This document shows positions 12,731 through 25,604 of a stretch of 64,000 nt of DNA, piece by piece. Numbering within the stretch: position 1 is the first letter of the stretch; the number at the start of each line of letters is the position of its first letter. Made by a program: the position numbers and the translations under genes. The notes under the pieces were generated by a model that saw only the letters and a program-made list of their open reading frames with translations, ran no database searches and was not told the origin of the DNA. Source of the stretch: Epiperipatus broadwayi (Eukaryota > Animalia > Onychophora); NCBI GenBank assembly GCA_028023455.1, contig JAQFVV010000006.1:16120001-16184000 (forward strand), written 5' to 3'.

Positions 12731-12934
12731 ACACAATACTTTAAAATTTATTATGCAAAATTGAGCCATTTCTGAATACAAAAAAATATGAAAGCAAGCT
12801 TAGGCTTGTAAGGTAAAAAGATAAAACAGCCTTTAATCTTTTCATTCCTATGATAGTTTCTCTTAATACTAAGCGATGGTGCCACTGGGCTTTGACTTTC
12901 AATGTAGTATACTTCTACAAAAGGTAGGATAATT

Positions 12935-13565
12935 GTACTAGGAGAATTGTTGAGTGTTATAGTGGCAAAAATGGGATAGAAGAATAGATGCATTAATAAA
13001 AAATATAAAGCTGGAGAGATGGAGAACTAGTATGGAGAGTAAAAAGGGTTTAAATATATACAGAAGTAATGACTATATTGGGTGTGAGTTAATTTATGAT
13101 AACAGCAAAAAATATAATTTACTATTTAAGGTTTAAACAAAACCATTAGCAACAAGAGAATAAACACATAAATGGAGAAATGTGGGTGATTTAGTCTGCA
13201 AGTTATATAAGGAAGACATGGAAAATAGTAGGCATCTGTTAATTGAATGTAAATGCTTACAAGCAGAAAGAGTACAAATAATGAAGTTGTGGGAGAATAA
13301 ATATAACAAAATGATTACACAGAAAGTGGGTTTTTGACTTTTATGCTGGGTTTGGAAAAAAGTAAGGGGTATCTAAATATAAAGGCCATAGGTGGACAAA
13401 GATAATGTTGTGGAAATGAGAGGGAGCAGGATAGAAAAGAATATAGGAAAAACTTAGAGTAGGGAATGGAAAGGGAAGGTAAGAGGGCTAACAGGTTTTT
13501 CTGGGCATAGTGGCTATGAGATTCCTAACTTCAATAAAAGAGTAGCCACATCACATAACATCATA
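12935..13565 (+). mobile_element. LINE 3' end, degenerate
   Basis: Homologous to 56812-57530; CATCA-type tail. Confidence 0.8.
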
Positions 13566-14177
13566 CCATTCTCTTGTGGTAATCTTTCATGTTATTTTGC
13601 CAATTTGCATTTATTTGATCGTAAAAAACTGAAACTCAAATAATATTGATTTATTAACTAAAAATAAAATCTCAAAATATCAGTATCATACAAATATCTC
13701 TTTTAAAATGAGCCAACAGACACCAAGACTCTCCATACAATGTTTCTGATTAGGAGTTTCTAGTTCTTTCTACCAAAGATTTCTTGCTAGAGTTTTTAAA
13801 CGTATTCATTCTTTTGTTAGATTTCAAAAATTAAAACATATCTTTTCCATAATTTGTTTATATATTTATGATTATTTTATAAAATATTTGGTTAATCTTA
13901 CATTTTTAGAAAAATAATGTGATTAGAAACAATTTTCTTCAAAAACTATTTTTAGTTTTATAAGAAGACAAGTTAAGAAAAATCAATAATGTGCAGCTGT
14001 AACAATTATTTTTGTCATTCTTTTAAAATTACAAATAGAATTTTAAACTTTAAATACAATTTTGTTAGCTTTCAGTAATCTAAACATTAATTTATTTAAG
14101 TATTACAAACTAAATTAAAACAATTTTATTTTTTGTAACTACCAATAAGAAAAGACTTATTATTTTTAATCTTAAAA

Positions 14178-14735
14178 CAGATAAAACTCTCCATACAGTA
14201 GTGCCACTCAGTGCAAGCCAGAGTAATCAATGGATACCATAAGGAATATTGGATGAGTAGGCACTAGATAGGGATTTTATGCATAAACCTTCTGGCATTG
14301 GTTTAATACCAATCCTGCCTAATAGGATAGTGGTGGATATGGTTATTAAAGAACCAAATATACCAAAATGTATGGGTACTGAACTGAGTTCAGACCTATA
14401 TGACTATATAGCTGATGAGCTTGGATTGGAAATATTATTGTGTTTTCAATTTTACACATAGTTTTGTAGTTAATTATAGATAAAAGATGGCTGATGGAGG
14501 GTTGCATTAGATCCTAAGATTTAGGTGCAGTGCTCTCAGATCCAAAGCTCCTCACTGATGAAAGCCACAAGTTAGAAACTAGTCTGGGGATATTGGATGA
14601 GTAGGCACATGCACAAGCCTTCTGGCATCCATTGATTACTCTGGCTTGCACTGAGTGGCACTATTGTATGGAGAGTTTTGCCTGTTTTAATAACAGTTAT
14701 GAGCAAGTATAAGAAATGGTGATCATGTGACATTT
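14178..14735 (+). mobile_element. Family A HHR element, near full length (~430 bp) with inverted 5' piece
   Basis: An inverted 3'-end fragment at the start, then the complete unit ending ATGGTGATCATGTGA; no ORF homology, no poly-A tail. Confidence 0.85.
14549..14590 (+). ncRNA. Minimal type I hammerhead (family A)
   Basis: TCCTCA-CTGATGA-A-AGC(CACAA)GTT-A-GAAA-CTAG-TC^TGGGGA; stem I TCCTCA/TGGGGA; palindromic stem III ACTAGT. Confidence 0.85.
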
Positions 14736-15859
14736 AGTGATCTTATTAATCTTACTACATATTTCACTTCAATATTTTTTTTTCTATATTTTCAAAGTTG
14801 TAATAATATTTTTAAAAATAATTTTCATTTGTAGACATGTATTTTTAACAAATAATTCAAAATTTCTTAAAATATAATGAAGAATAAATATAAATTTGAT
14901 CAAATAAAAAGCCAGGTAGAAGCTAGAGATTCTCAAAAAAAAAGTTATATTCCCTGTAAGATAATAGTCTGTCCAACAGTCTCTAACAGAAAATCAATGG
15001 TGAAGGTGATTATGTCTGTCACTTGCCAAATGGTGAAGGTTTGATTGATTTTTCATTCATGTTTTATCTAAAAATAACTAGATACCCATTTACTGACAAA
15101 TATTGGATGATTAGATGAGTTGGCTTTAAGTACTTCATAAAAAGCCTGTTAATTTTTAAAATTTCAAGATTACTTGGCATGAATTCAAATCCAGGTTGTA
15201 TGCATAGCAGTCAAATATTCTACCATTGTACCATAAGGTCCTGTTATAAATCAATACCTATAAGTAAATGACATCACATAGCTAAGGGAGCATTGTATTC
15301 TAATTTATAGTCATAGGATCAGACTCTTATGATTAACTCCAACTGTTCAGTATAGAGGAAAATGGCTGTTATCTATTTACTGTCCAAATGGTGCCTTGCT
15401 GAAATTATTATAGACTTTTCTTCCAAAATGTAAGCTTGTAATTAAGACCTGTATAGGTCCCTACTATCACGTTTTTACATGCATATTCTTGAGGTTACAG
15501 CTTTAGTAAATATTACTTACAGAATATTTTTATAATTATTACAATCATGTTCATAATAATATATAGATAGACAACATAGAGCTTGTGAAGCATTTGTAAA
15601 GTGTCTACCCTTAACTTCTGATGCAACATGCTTTTCACAATGTTCAGTCTTTTCGGAATTTGGCACTAATAATTTACTTATATACTGTCAGTATTTAATT
15701 TACGATGTGTTTGACATGTTTGGAATTGGAGATTATAAGTAAAATAACTGATACGATTTTAAAATCATGAAAATGGTACAACATCCTGGTATTTTCTCAA
15801 GGAAATAAATATCTCTTGTTTTGAGCTCCAAAAGGGTACTTGTAATATGTTATGGCATA

Positions 15860-16495
15860 TTATTGCATGTTTTGTTACAGTTGGTAGAGCTTTGGACTTA
15901 AAAATTGGGTGGTTCCAGGATTCTAGCACTCGATAACTCCCAAGAAATAAAGTCATATGTGTTTTTCTACCCTCTGTGGTTTGGCATAGTTGGTAAAACA
16001 TCCAACATAGGATTAGGAGGTCCCAGGATCAATTTCTGCTACTGGCAGAGTCTGTCTTTCAAATTTCTTATGAACACCTGATCAATAAAACCATATGTCT
16101 TCTTTAAACCCTGGAGGGTTTGGCTGAGTGTAGAGCATCTGACTTGGGGATCAGAAGGTCCCAGAATCGATTCTGATGCCTACAGGTCAGGCTTTTGAAT
16201 TTCTTATGAACTCCTGATGAATAAAACCATATGTCTTTTTTGAGCCTGAATGGTTTGGCTGAGTGTAGAGTATCCAACTTGGGATCAGAAAGTCCCAGGA
16301 TTGATTCTGATGCTTGCAGGTCTGGCTTTTGAATTTCTTATCAACTCCTGATCAATAAAACCATGTCTTTTTTGAGCCCTGGATGGTTTGGCTCTGTGAA
16401 ATCATCCAACATGGGATCAGAAAGTCCCAGAATCTATTTTCATGCTCACAGGTCTAGCACTCAAACTTTTTATAAACTCCAGAGCAATAAAGCCA
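15860..16495 (+). repeat. Tandem array of ~135-bp tRNA-like units (4 plus 1 degenerate)
   Basis: GGTTTGG unit starts at 15978, 16117, 16252, 16385; TGGCTGAGTGTAG A-box-like, TCTGA-CTTGGG(G)A-TCAGA anticodon-like arm, AATAAA then T-run. Confidence 0.8.
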
Positions 16496-16724
16496 AATAT
16501 ATATATATTATTATTGCAAAATCTTTTTTTTCAGATTGAAGTATAGACAAAGTAGTTTTAATTCAAAATTATTAGATCACAAGACTTTTAAGGATTTGTG
16601 AAATTTTGGGGCATTTAATATCAGACCTTTCTTCTTGAAATACAAAACCAAATTCTGTTGTAAATTTAAATGAATAAATTTTATTACTATTGTAGTTTGT
16701 AGACCTTGTGTGATTTAGCACAGT

Positions 16725-16880
16725 AATAGGGTATCAACTCTCCATATAGTAGTACTACCTTGTGCTAACCAGAGTAGTCAATGGATGCCAGAAGCACAAG
16801 GTGGCACTATTATATGGAGAGTTTTTGCCTGTTTACTAACAGTCATGTGCTAGCATGAGATGGTGATCATGTGATGTTTA
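16725..16880. mobile_element. Family A 3'-end inverted fragment
   Basis: CTCTCCATATAGTAG...CTATTATATGGAGAG inverted; ends GATCATGTGATG. Confidence 0.75.
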
Positions 16881-18884
16881 ATAGGGCATCAAAATCAGGA
16901 ATATGGGGTCCTAGAACTGATTCCAATACTGTTGCTTCTGGTGTTCAAACTTCTTATGACCTCTTGAGATATTTTTTATAGTTTGCATATAATAAAATAT
17001 TTTATGTATATTGTATAAATTTATTTATTAACCACAGTATATTTTATTTTGCATCAGCACAAAATTTTTATGTAGCAATAATTAAAGCATAAGCCTAAAC
17101 AATTCTTCATAATTTGACCAATTAATAGAAGCTTTTTGAATTAAAGATGCTCAGATTAATGGTAATCTACCTGTATTTAAAATCCAGGGAGGAATTCAAT
17201 ATTGATTTTCACCTGTGAATGATTTTCAAAATGGAGTTCTCATAGCCAAGCAGTACTAGCCAAAGCCTATAAGAAGACATGAAAAAAGTTGAATAATGGC
17301 TGGAAAAATATAAATGTGCATGGAGGTATAAACCAAAAGTTACTAATAATTCAAATTATTTTCAGTTTGCAAAGCTCTCTGTGATATTAAAATCATAGCC
17401 TTAATGTTTTCAAACATCAGATAATTTCTCTTTAAATTTGAGGTATTAAACGTTATTCTCTTTAGGGTAGACATTTTAATTAAATTTAAAGATAAAATAT
17501 GTAATATTAATATTCTTGCTTTTATCTGTAATTTCTCTATCAACAAATATATTTTTAAAATTAGAATGCATTCTTATTTTATAAACAATCAGAAAAAGAG
17601 ACTATATTTTGTCAAAGTGTATATTATGAGAGAAATTTGAATTTTCCAATTATTTATGAAAGTAGGGGTGAGGGTACACATCCTTAATTCTTATGCACAT
17701 CACAAGATTTTTTATTCTCCCTTGTGAGAATTTTTGTAAGCTTTCAACTTTTGATTTTGCTATTAAACCATTATCCCATGTCATAATTCAATAAATATAA
17801 ATTAATTTGGTTGTAATATACATTTTCAAACTAAAAATATTTTAAATATTCATATTTGAACTTTGAAAATATTGATTTTTATATCATTGAACAGATGGCA
17901 AGTCTTATAAAATGAACAAAATCTTTTTTAAATGAAGAATGAAAAAATATTAATCTCTATATATCAAATTTTGCTTTAAAATTTTAAAATTTATTTTTAA
18001 AATATCTCAAATTATCCTAACACAGTGCCTGATATATTAGCTATAATTGTCATAAGGTGTTATAAACGTACTACCATTGTTTTCTTTATTAACATTACAC
18101 TAAAAGTTATTACCATCTATTTTTAAATATAAAATATATACTTTTAAAATAACAGTGTAATAATGCATATTTTTGATTTTCAAATATTGTTTAAAAATAA
18201 TCATGAATTTTAGTAAACTTTCCAAAAAAATAACATTTTTAATTATTCCAAAAACATTCTCGAAATAATTTCACAAATAGTCATGTCCACGTTAATAAAA
18301 AAATCTATCAAACAGAAGAAAGCTGTGCTAAAACTTTTTTTTATTGTGATGTTATGCAATTTTACTGGACTCTTTTGATATTTTTTAATTAAAACATCGT
18401 ATAGTGGAATTGACGAATTAAAAACAAAAATGAGAAAAACAACTCAATAGACGGCTGTATGGTGCAATTAAAAAAAATGATAGTAGTATTTATCCTGGAT
18501 GTATCCATGGTGATGACTAGCATTGTTAATTGGAAAATGTCAAAATTATTAAATTTATTGAACATTATGGTGATTGGTCAAGTGAGTAAAAGCATTGTTC
18601 TCTTATTTTGAAATTTTGGCAAATAATGGAGAATTTTTTTCTAAACATTGGGTTGTTAATATGTTACCATAGTTCCATGTTTAGCAGCTTGTCTTTCCTG
18701 AATGTAGCTTTCATTCTCATTTCCTTTGCAGTTGTTTGAATGTTTACTGATTGGTACTAGTGTATACATAAGCTAATTCACCAGACAATTCTGAGAGAAT
18801 CATTTTAAATTAATTATTTCGTTGCTTTTAATTCTATTATAGAACTATTTATTTACAGCTGCAATATATAAATTTAAAACAACA

Positions 18885-19326
18885 GAGAGTATATTAGTGT
18901 TTTTCTGAAGGTTTATGATGATGGTGTTCTAGCTGTATTTTTATATTGGACTATTTTCATCATCTAATATGTGTGTTGAATGTCTTTAGAAAAGTTTGAT
19001 TTTTATTTAAATATTCCAAATGCATTCAACTATTAGTAATATCACAGCAAACAGGTTAGTATATGCACCAACTATTAGTAATATCACAGCAAACAACTGT
19101 TAGTAATATCGTAGCAAACAGGTTAGTATATGCACTAACTATTAGTAATATCACAGCAAACAGGTTAGTATATGCACAACGTTTCAAGAAGTATTTTTCT
19201 TCCCTCTTCTTCAGGTGTTGCTGGCTTAACCAGTGACAGTATTAGCATGGGATTCGAACCTGGGTCCTTAGATTCTTGATTATTGAATTTTAAGGTAATG
19301 CTCTAACCAACTGAGCCATCCTGCCA
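18885..19326 (-). mobile_element. tRNA-headed SINE-like element with internal HHR
   Basis: A box TGGCTCAGTTGG (19318-19307), B box GGTTCGAATCC (19260-19250), HHR ~30 nt downstream, internal ~42-bp tandem repeats. Confidence 0.8.
19175..19218 (-). ncRNA. Minimal hammerhead (family F)
   Basis: ACAC-CTGAAGA-A-GAGGG(AAGAAAAATAC)TTCTT-GAAA-CG-TT^GTG; palindromic AACGTT. Confidence 0.65.
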
Positions 19327-19536
19327 AATTTGCTAATATAAAAAATACTTTTATGGCAAGAAATTTCAGGAAATACACAGGTGAAAAGACAATTGCTTAA
19401 GAACTGAAAAATTTAATTATTTGGAAAATTATAATCAGTTAGCTGAAAATATGCAATGGCAAATGTCATGTTAATAAATTCTATGTAAAAAAATATAAAA
19501 GACAGTAAGTAAATATGCATATTTAAGTACTTGGGG

Positions 19537-19622
19537 TTTTTTTTATATGTCAAATGCATTGACAAGCAGAGCCAGCTCCTTGAAAGGCAGCTATGCTAAC
19601 CACTAGGCCATCAACACTTGAC
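19537..19622 (-). mobile_element. tRNA-Gly-derived SINE, decayed
   Basis: Partial consensus match. Confidence 0.65.
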
Positions 19623-20529
19623 AGAAGTATTTAAATTTTGTAAATGAATAAATTGAAACCTGCAAAACATCAATTGACTCTAGCCTATATAATGCTGCTC
19701 AGTTTTTTCACACTGATTATGCCATCTAGTGTAAGCTTAAGTAATCAATAATGCTAGATAGTAGTGCTTATTAAACAAAATTAAGATAAGAAAATCTCTG
19801 TTCTGAACATGCTTTTTAGGGTGCACTTCTTAGTATAAAAGTTGTTGATCAAAATTGATAACAACAGAAGAAGACCAGAAATATGGTAGATGGATTGTAA
19901 CAACTCAGTCAGGAGTATGTTATTAAATAGCTTCAAAAGCCAAACAGATGATAAACTATTCTAGCAAAGGGGTATTCTTCTTATTGTCTGCAATCCAAAT
20001 TAACTATTGTTGAATATTATTTCAAGGCATGGCTTCTTCTGAGGTGAAACACTAAGATCTTAAAATATTGCTACACTGACAATTTGAGTTTGTTTTTGTA
20101 GTTATATTAAGGCCTACCAAATGATATACTGAATACAGCGATATTATGAAATACACTATCCCTTTTTCTAAGGTCCTCTATTGTCACCTATTGTCAGCAT
20201 AAGTTATCATTGAATACAGATAGCAATGCAATTCAATTTCTATTTGATCTGATTTTAGTTTTGCAATCACTGATGCAAGAGTATGAAAAGAAGATATGCT
20301 CTTGATAACATAGTAAGTTTTGAGTGTCCTGTGATACTGTGTTGCCATTAACAACCCAAGTTAGGGAAGAAATGGTATCTATTGTTAAAGTAAAACTGTG
20401 ACTACCAAAACATACAATTATAAATCTGATATCAGATCTATACAAGTATATGAACATGTCTGTTTTTTTAAAACTTTGGATTTTTAAGCTAAAATGGTAA
20501 GAGTAGTAACAGGTACATAAAACCTTCAG

Positions 20530-20683
20530 ATTTAAACTTGAAGTCTTCAATGATAAAGGAAAAATGGTAGAAAACAGTTTGGGAGTGGACATTAAATTGC
20601 ACTATTGTCTGATGGCTACAGAAAACTTAATTTTACAACAGATATACTGTAGTACAGATAGGATAAGGGCTCTGTTTAATATG
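20530..20683 (+). CDS. Candidate internal exon, unknown protein
   Basis: ccttcag acceptor, open frame FKLEVFNDKGKMVENSLGVDIKLHYCLMATENLILQQIYCSTDRIRALFNM, strong ATG|GTAAGT donor; no family recognised. Confidence 0.3.
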
Positions 20684-21394
20684 GTAAGTTTTGAAAGTCA
20701 AGTAATATTGGGTTGGCATTCTACATCCTTTGAAGTAACTTATTAGCTTCAGTTGAACACTTTATAAGTCCAAAACAGCTTTAAAGTCATTCTAGGTGGT
20801 GAAATTTAGAACCCATTCATTGAATCTGTGAAGGAGTTTTACAAACTCAATCAATATGGGATATAAACTTTTCCAAATCAATAATAGCTGACTTCTCTGT
20901 TATTATTAGAATGAACAATGTGAGGATTCCTAGAATATCTTTTAAACATATGGAAATAGTTCTCAAGTTTAAAAAAGTTAATCTGTAGATCACTCCTTTG
21001 TCTGAAATAAGAAAATCAAGTTATAAATCATGTGACTTAATTTAATAAGCTTGTATTAATATTTACTAAGGCAATAAACCTAAAGCATGTGCAGTTGAAA
21101 ATGCGAAGGTAGGGACCTCTACAGGTCTTAACCACGAGCTTACACATTGGAAGAAAAGAGGGGAACCCTTCTTTACTTCAATCTACTTTCTATATAAATA
21201 GGTGAAGCTGAAGCGGTTAGATCTGAGAGCAAGAAGCTATTCAATACTTCACTGATTAAGTCCACAATTCCTATTATACATTAGTACTCACAAAATCTTT
21301 CGATTTACAACAAGTCAATGGAAAGATCTTATAGTTAGAAATCTATTACGATAATTTAAAGTTGTAATTATAAATTTATTTAATGCACATTGAT

Positions 21395-21810
21395 TACAAA
21401 TGTAATACAATGAGCATGCTAATAGTTCTAAACAAGCATTTCCAATAAATGCCACAAGAGAAAGCAGTTAAAACACCTATCTAGAATTATCCCTATATCC
21501 AAACCAGTTTCGATCTAATGGCTCTCGTCAGTGTGTCATAGCTATTTAAGATAAATATCTGGATTTGAAGACATATAGATGTCTGAAATTTTTAGATTTT
21601 TCACTTAATGGTTAAGTATTATATAAATGCTGGACTTGATCTGGTATTTTGGATTTAGTGTCTGAAGGTCCTAGTGCTTCACTGATGACAGCCATTAGCT
21701 TGAAACCAGTTTGAGATAGGGATAATTCTAGATAGAGATTTTAAATGCTTTCTCTTGTGGCATTTATTAGAAAAGCTTGTTTAGAAGCATTAGCATGCTC
21801 ATTAATATGT
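21395..21810. mobile_element. Family D HHR element, inverted dimer
   Basis: Inverted arms; minus strand CTGACGA-GAGCCATTAGATC-GAAACTGG, plus strand HHR at 21678. Confidence 0.75.
21678..21715 (+). ncRNA. Minimal hammerhead (family D)
   Basis: TTCA-CTGATGA-C-AGC(CATTA)GCT-T-GAAA-CCAG-TT^TGAG. Confidence 0.65.
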
Positions 21811-22599
21811 TTTTCTGAAGTGTATCAAGATTGTACTTATTGTTCATAATGTCAATATGGACATATGCATAAACACAGAATTAATTATTACTTTGAAACC
21901 ACATAATAATAAAAATAAAAATATATATTATTATAAAGTGCTATTATTTAATTTGATGAGTAATTCACTAAAAAGCAAAAAAGTTTTGTTTTCTTCAATC
22001 ACTATCAATGTTCGTTGTTGTATGTAGCTTGAATTAAAAGCATGGAATGTCTGTAAATTAATTAATTCAGTCATTTTTTTATATATATTATTTTTACATT
22101 TTAGTATTCAGATATTTTGCAACTTATTTTTTGAAACTATTCTTATTCAAATTTAAAAACTGAGATTTTAAAGAGTTGTCATAGTTTCAGTAGTTGAAAT
22201 GAAATTTGCGCATGTTAAAAATCATTTACAAGACTTTTGCCTTTATGAAAACAGTATTTTAAAAAAAGCTCGTTAAATAATCAAGCAAAATTAAGATTTC
22301 ATCTTTTTACTTTTTTTTTCTATTTTAATGAACTGTAAATATTTTTCAGCTTTTATTATATAGTAAATTTGTATAAATTGACTATTTTTTGTATGAATTA
22401 ACCAACTTTTGATAAATTCATCATTTTTTACCCATAAAATTTCAGCCTTTATTTAATATTTTCTCTCCACTTTTTTGCACATAGTTACATGTCTTATAAA
22501 GTTTAGCTTAAATAAATATTCTCTCTTTTTTTTTGGCTTATATATGGTCTTTTGTAAGATCAACAAATCTTCATACAACGTATCTGTTTTGGTATATGA

Positions 22600-22850
22600 A
22601 ACATAAAATTATATAATGAGCTTTAATAGCTCTTAACAAGCTTTCCCGAATATCCCTATCCCCAGACTGGTTGACTTTCCTCGGGTATTTTTAGATCTAA
22701 TGTCTGAATATCTTAGCGTCTCACTGAGGAAACCCAAAAGCTAGAAACCGGTCTGGGAATACAGATATTCGGAAAAGCTTGTTATTAGCTATTAAAGCTC
22801 ATTATATAATATTTGTAGTACAATCTTATTAAATTAAGTCACATGATGTA
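22600..22850. mobile_element. Family E HHR element, inverted dimer
   Basis: Inverted AATGAGCTTTAATAGCT...AACAAGCTTT arms; HHR at 22719. Confidence 0.7.
22719..22759 (+). ncRNA. Minimal hammerhead (family E)
   Basis: TCTCA-CTGAGGA-AACCCAAAAGCTA-GAAA-CCGG-TC^TGGGA; palindromic ACCGGT; stem II decayed. Confidence 0.6.
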
Positions 22851-23218
22851 TAACTTTATTTCTTTGCGATGAAGAAAATTAAATGTTTTTATAAATTTTT
22901 TGCTCAAATATACACTATCTTAAAATTTTAAAATTACTTTGCAATAAATATACAAATTTCTTGAGTTTACCTTCGATTTTTATAACTAACTGTTGTCCTT
23001 TTTAAATACTATATTTTTCTAATTCAAGCTCATCTTTTGATATTACTTATCAACTAAATGTGTGAAAGAAAAGATTGTAACATTTTTTTTATTTATTTCA
23101 GTAACATTATGTGTTTTTAATTATTGATTCATTGATCATATGTACCTTTTAATTAAATCTATATTTTAACTTTTGAACTTATTGTGAGAACATTCAAAGG
23201 CATTTTCATTTTTTGTAG

Positions 23219-23345
23219 ACACCCGAGGAGGTATATTTGACATCTTCATGAACTTTATAAATTTTTATCTGAAAGATTGTGAAATATTGTCTTTAGATGA
23301 GCAAAATGAAAATTTAAGTTACATTTCACGCCTAGAATGCCGAAA
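23219..23345 (+). CDS. Candidate internal exon, unknown protein
   Basis: Strong pyrimidine tract ttttcattttttgtag; open frame TRGGIFDIFMNFINFYLKDCEILSLDEQNENLSYISRLECR; weak donor GTAACC. Confidence 0.3.
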
Positions 23346-25604
23346 GTAACCTTATATCTTCTCATGCAAATATGAATAACTTTATAAGCCTACCTATAAC
23401 TATTAATGAACTCTTCCACTACTTAATAATCATCTAATAACCCTTCTTCTCCCACAAGCATGTTACCCTTACCTTGTCATTAAATTTCACAAAACAAATT
23501 TCAGTGGAAATTACTCAAGTGAAACTCTCAAATAAATTAACCTTGGATAAGTGATAATTAAAACAACTAAAATATCAATAATGATAAAGTACAGTATTTT
23601 AAATTCTAGTAATTAATAATAATTAATGATGATTCCTGCAAAGATAGAGTAAACTGTGACAACCAGAACCACTGTGAACGTAAATCCTACAAAAATCTTC
23701 CTGCACGAATGTTGTTTCCTACAGACTAAAATTTATTCAAAATAATATGCTATATAGTGTTTACCAGCCTGAAAGATTTAGGGTGGGAGTAAGGTGGCAG
23801 ACCCTAAAATTCAAATTCAGGGATTATAGTCCCAACTCCATCACTTTCGATGATCAAATTTCTTATAAACATGTGAGTAATAAATCTTTCATATATATAT
23901 TACATTTATGATTATGCTAAAATTGTAAACTGACTAGTACATTTTAGTACAGCAGTGAGTGACTCAAATACTAGATTAAACCTATGAGTCTTAATGCAGT
24001 GATGAGCACAGTAGATTCGAAAAACAAGACCTGTGTATTTTAGTGTAGTGATTAACATCAATAACTAAAAATATGTTTTAGTATATTAGCGAGTATTTCA
24101 GATTCAAAATCTAGAAATTTCTCGGTCAATTTTGGCCAAAATCTCACATGAATGGAAATAATAGGCTCAAACATCATTTTAGTTTTAAACTATCATTTGA
24201 TCTTCTGAATTACTGTGCTTCTAATTTTTTTACTATTGCCCCTCCGATCATAATAATGTATTATATATATATATATTGATTTAATAATATTTTTATTTTC
24301 CGATCATAATAATGTATTATATATATATATATTGATTTAATAATGATTTTTATTTTTAAAATAATAATAATGATGAATCATTTAGAAAGGATGATTTAGG
24401 TTTAAAGTAATGCTTTTAATCTGCTTTTTAAAAAATTATAATGGATGGACAAATCTTCAAAAATTCATTTTAACTTTCGCCAAATGAAAATTCAAACTTG
24501 ATATATAATATATGTGTGAACATGTATGACTCCAAGGTTTAGGTTTACTTTTGAGATACTGCATATAAATCTTTCTAATAAATGAAAAAGATCATTAAAA
24601 AACTAATAGTTAAGCTTTTTAATCCATATTTTGATTGTTATACCTTATGGTTGTTGAACCCGGACAATGAAATCTAAAATGACGCAGAGTATAGAAAGAT
24701 TTTTATTGAAAATAACCAGGAAGAATATAAAAAGAAATGAACCTGTGCTGATATAATAAAACTGCAAAAATTGAGTAACTCAAATAGAACTAACTCAAAG
24801 CACAGCAAAAAGAGATAGTAATTAATAGGCTAAAGCAATCCACAATTGGGCATTTAGAGAAAAAGAAAATTGCATAAGAAATTTATTAGATCATTATGAA
24901 AAAGAAAGACTTGTGATAGGTTAGTGTGAAGAGAAAGGCTCTTCTCAATTGACTGTTAGCGGATGAAAATGATGAGGAGGGGGAAAAAACAGCCAACTAG
25001 TACAGTACATATAAAACTGATACATGTTGACGAAAATATTCAAAAAGAAAAGCTGAGAACAAATCAAATTCAAATTTTAAAGATTAAAAACGCCATCAAA
25101 TGAATTTTAAAATAATTTAATCTAGTTCAACTTTTTTTCTTTTTTAAAAACTTAAGTTGATTGTATTTTTAAAACGAAAAAAAAAATTAATGGCTTTTTT
25201 TTCTCTCTCTTTTGATTTTTTTTTTTTAATAAGAAAAAGAAATAGCACTTAATTTATTTATCCAAGAAAAAGTGAATAAAATTTAACTTGAAACTTTAAT
25301 AAAATCAAAATGTTTTGTTTTAAATATTGAATCAGTTGTTTTTTATACTTAAAAAAAAATATTTTTTTTTAATACATAAAAACTTTAACTGTATATATCT
25401 ATTTTAGATGTATAATCGAATCATTCTGTAAATAAAAAGATTGAAATGGTAAAGTGTACATAGCTTCAAACAAGTATAGCATAGAAAGATAACATATTGC
25501 TGTTTGGTGCAGACCAAGTGATGCGTTATAACATGACCAAAAGAAACCGGTTGGTCATCATATTATTATTTTTTTTATTAGTTATTCATTAGAATAGAGA
25601 CTAC

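Noticed and set aside
12554-12781. Poly-Leu/Ile ORF
   Set aside because: Translation of a trinucleotide microsatellite
15860-16495. CRISPR-like array
   Set aside because: Whole units are homologous with no unique spacers; eukaryotic context; no cas genes
21080-21370. Solo LTR (TATATAAATAG box)
   Set aside because: No clear TG...CA ends, TSD or second copy
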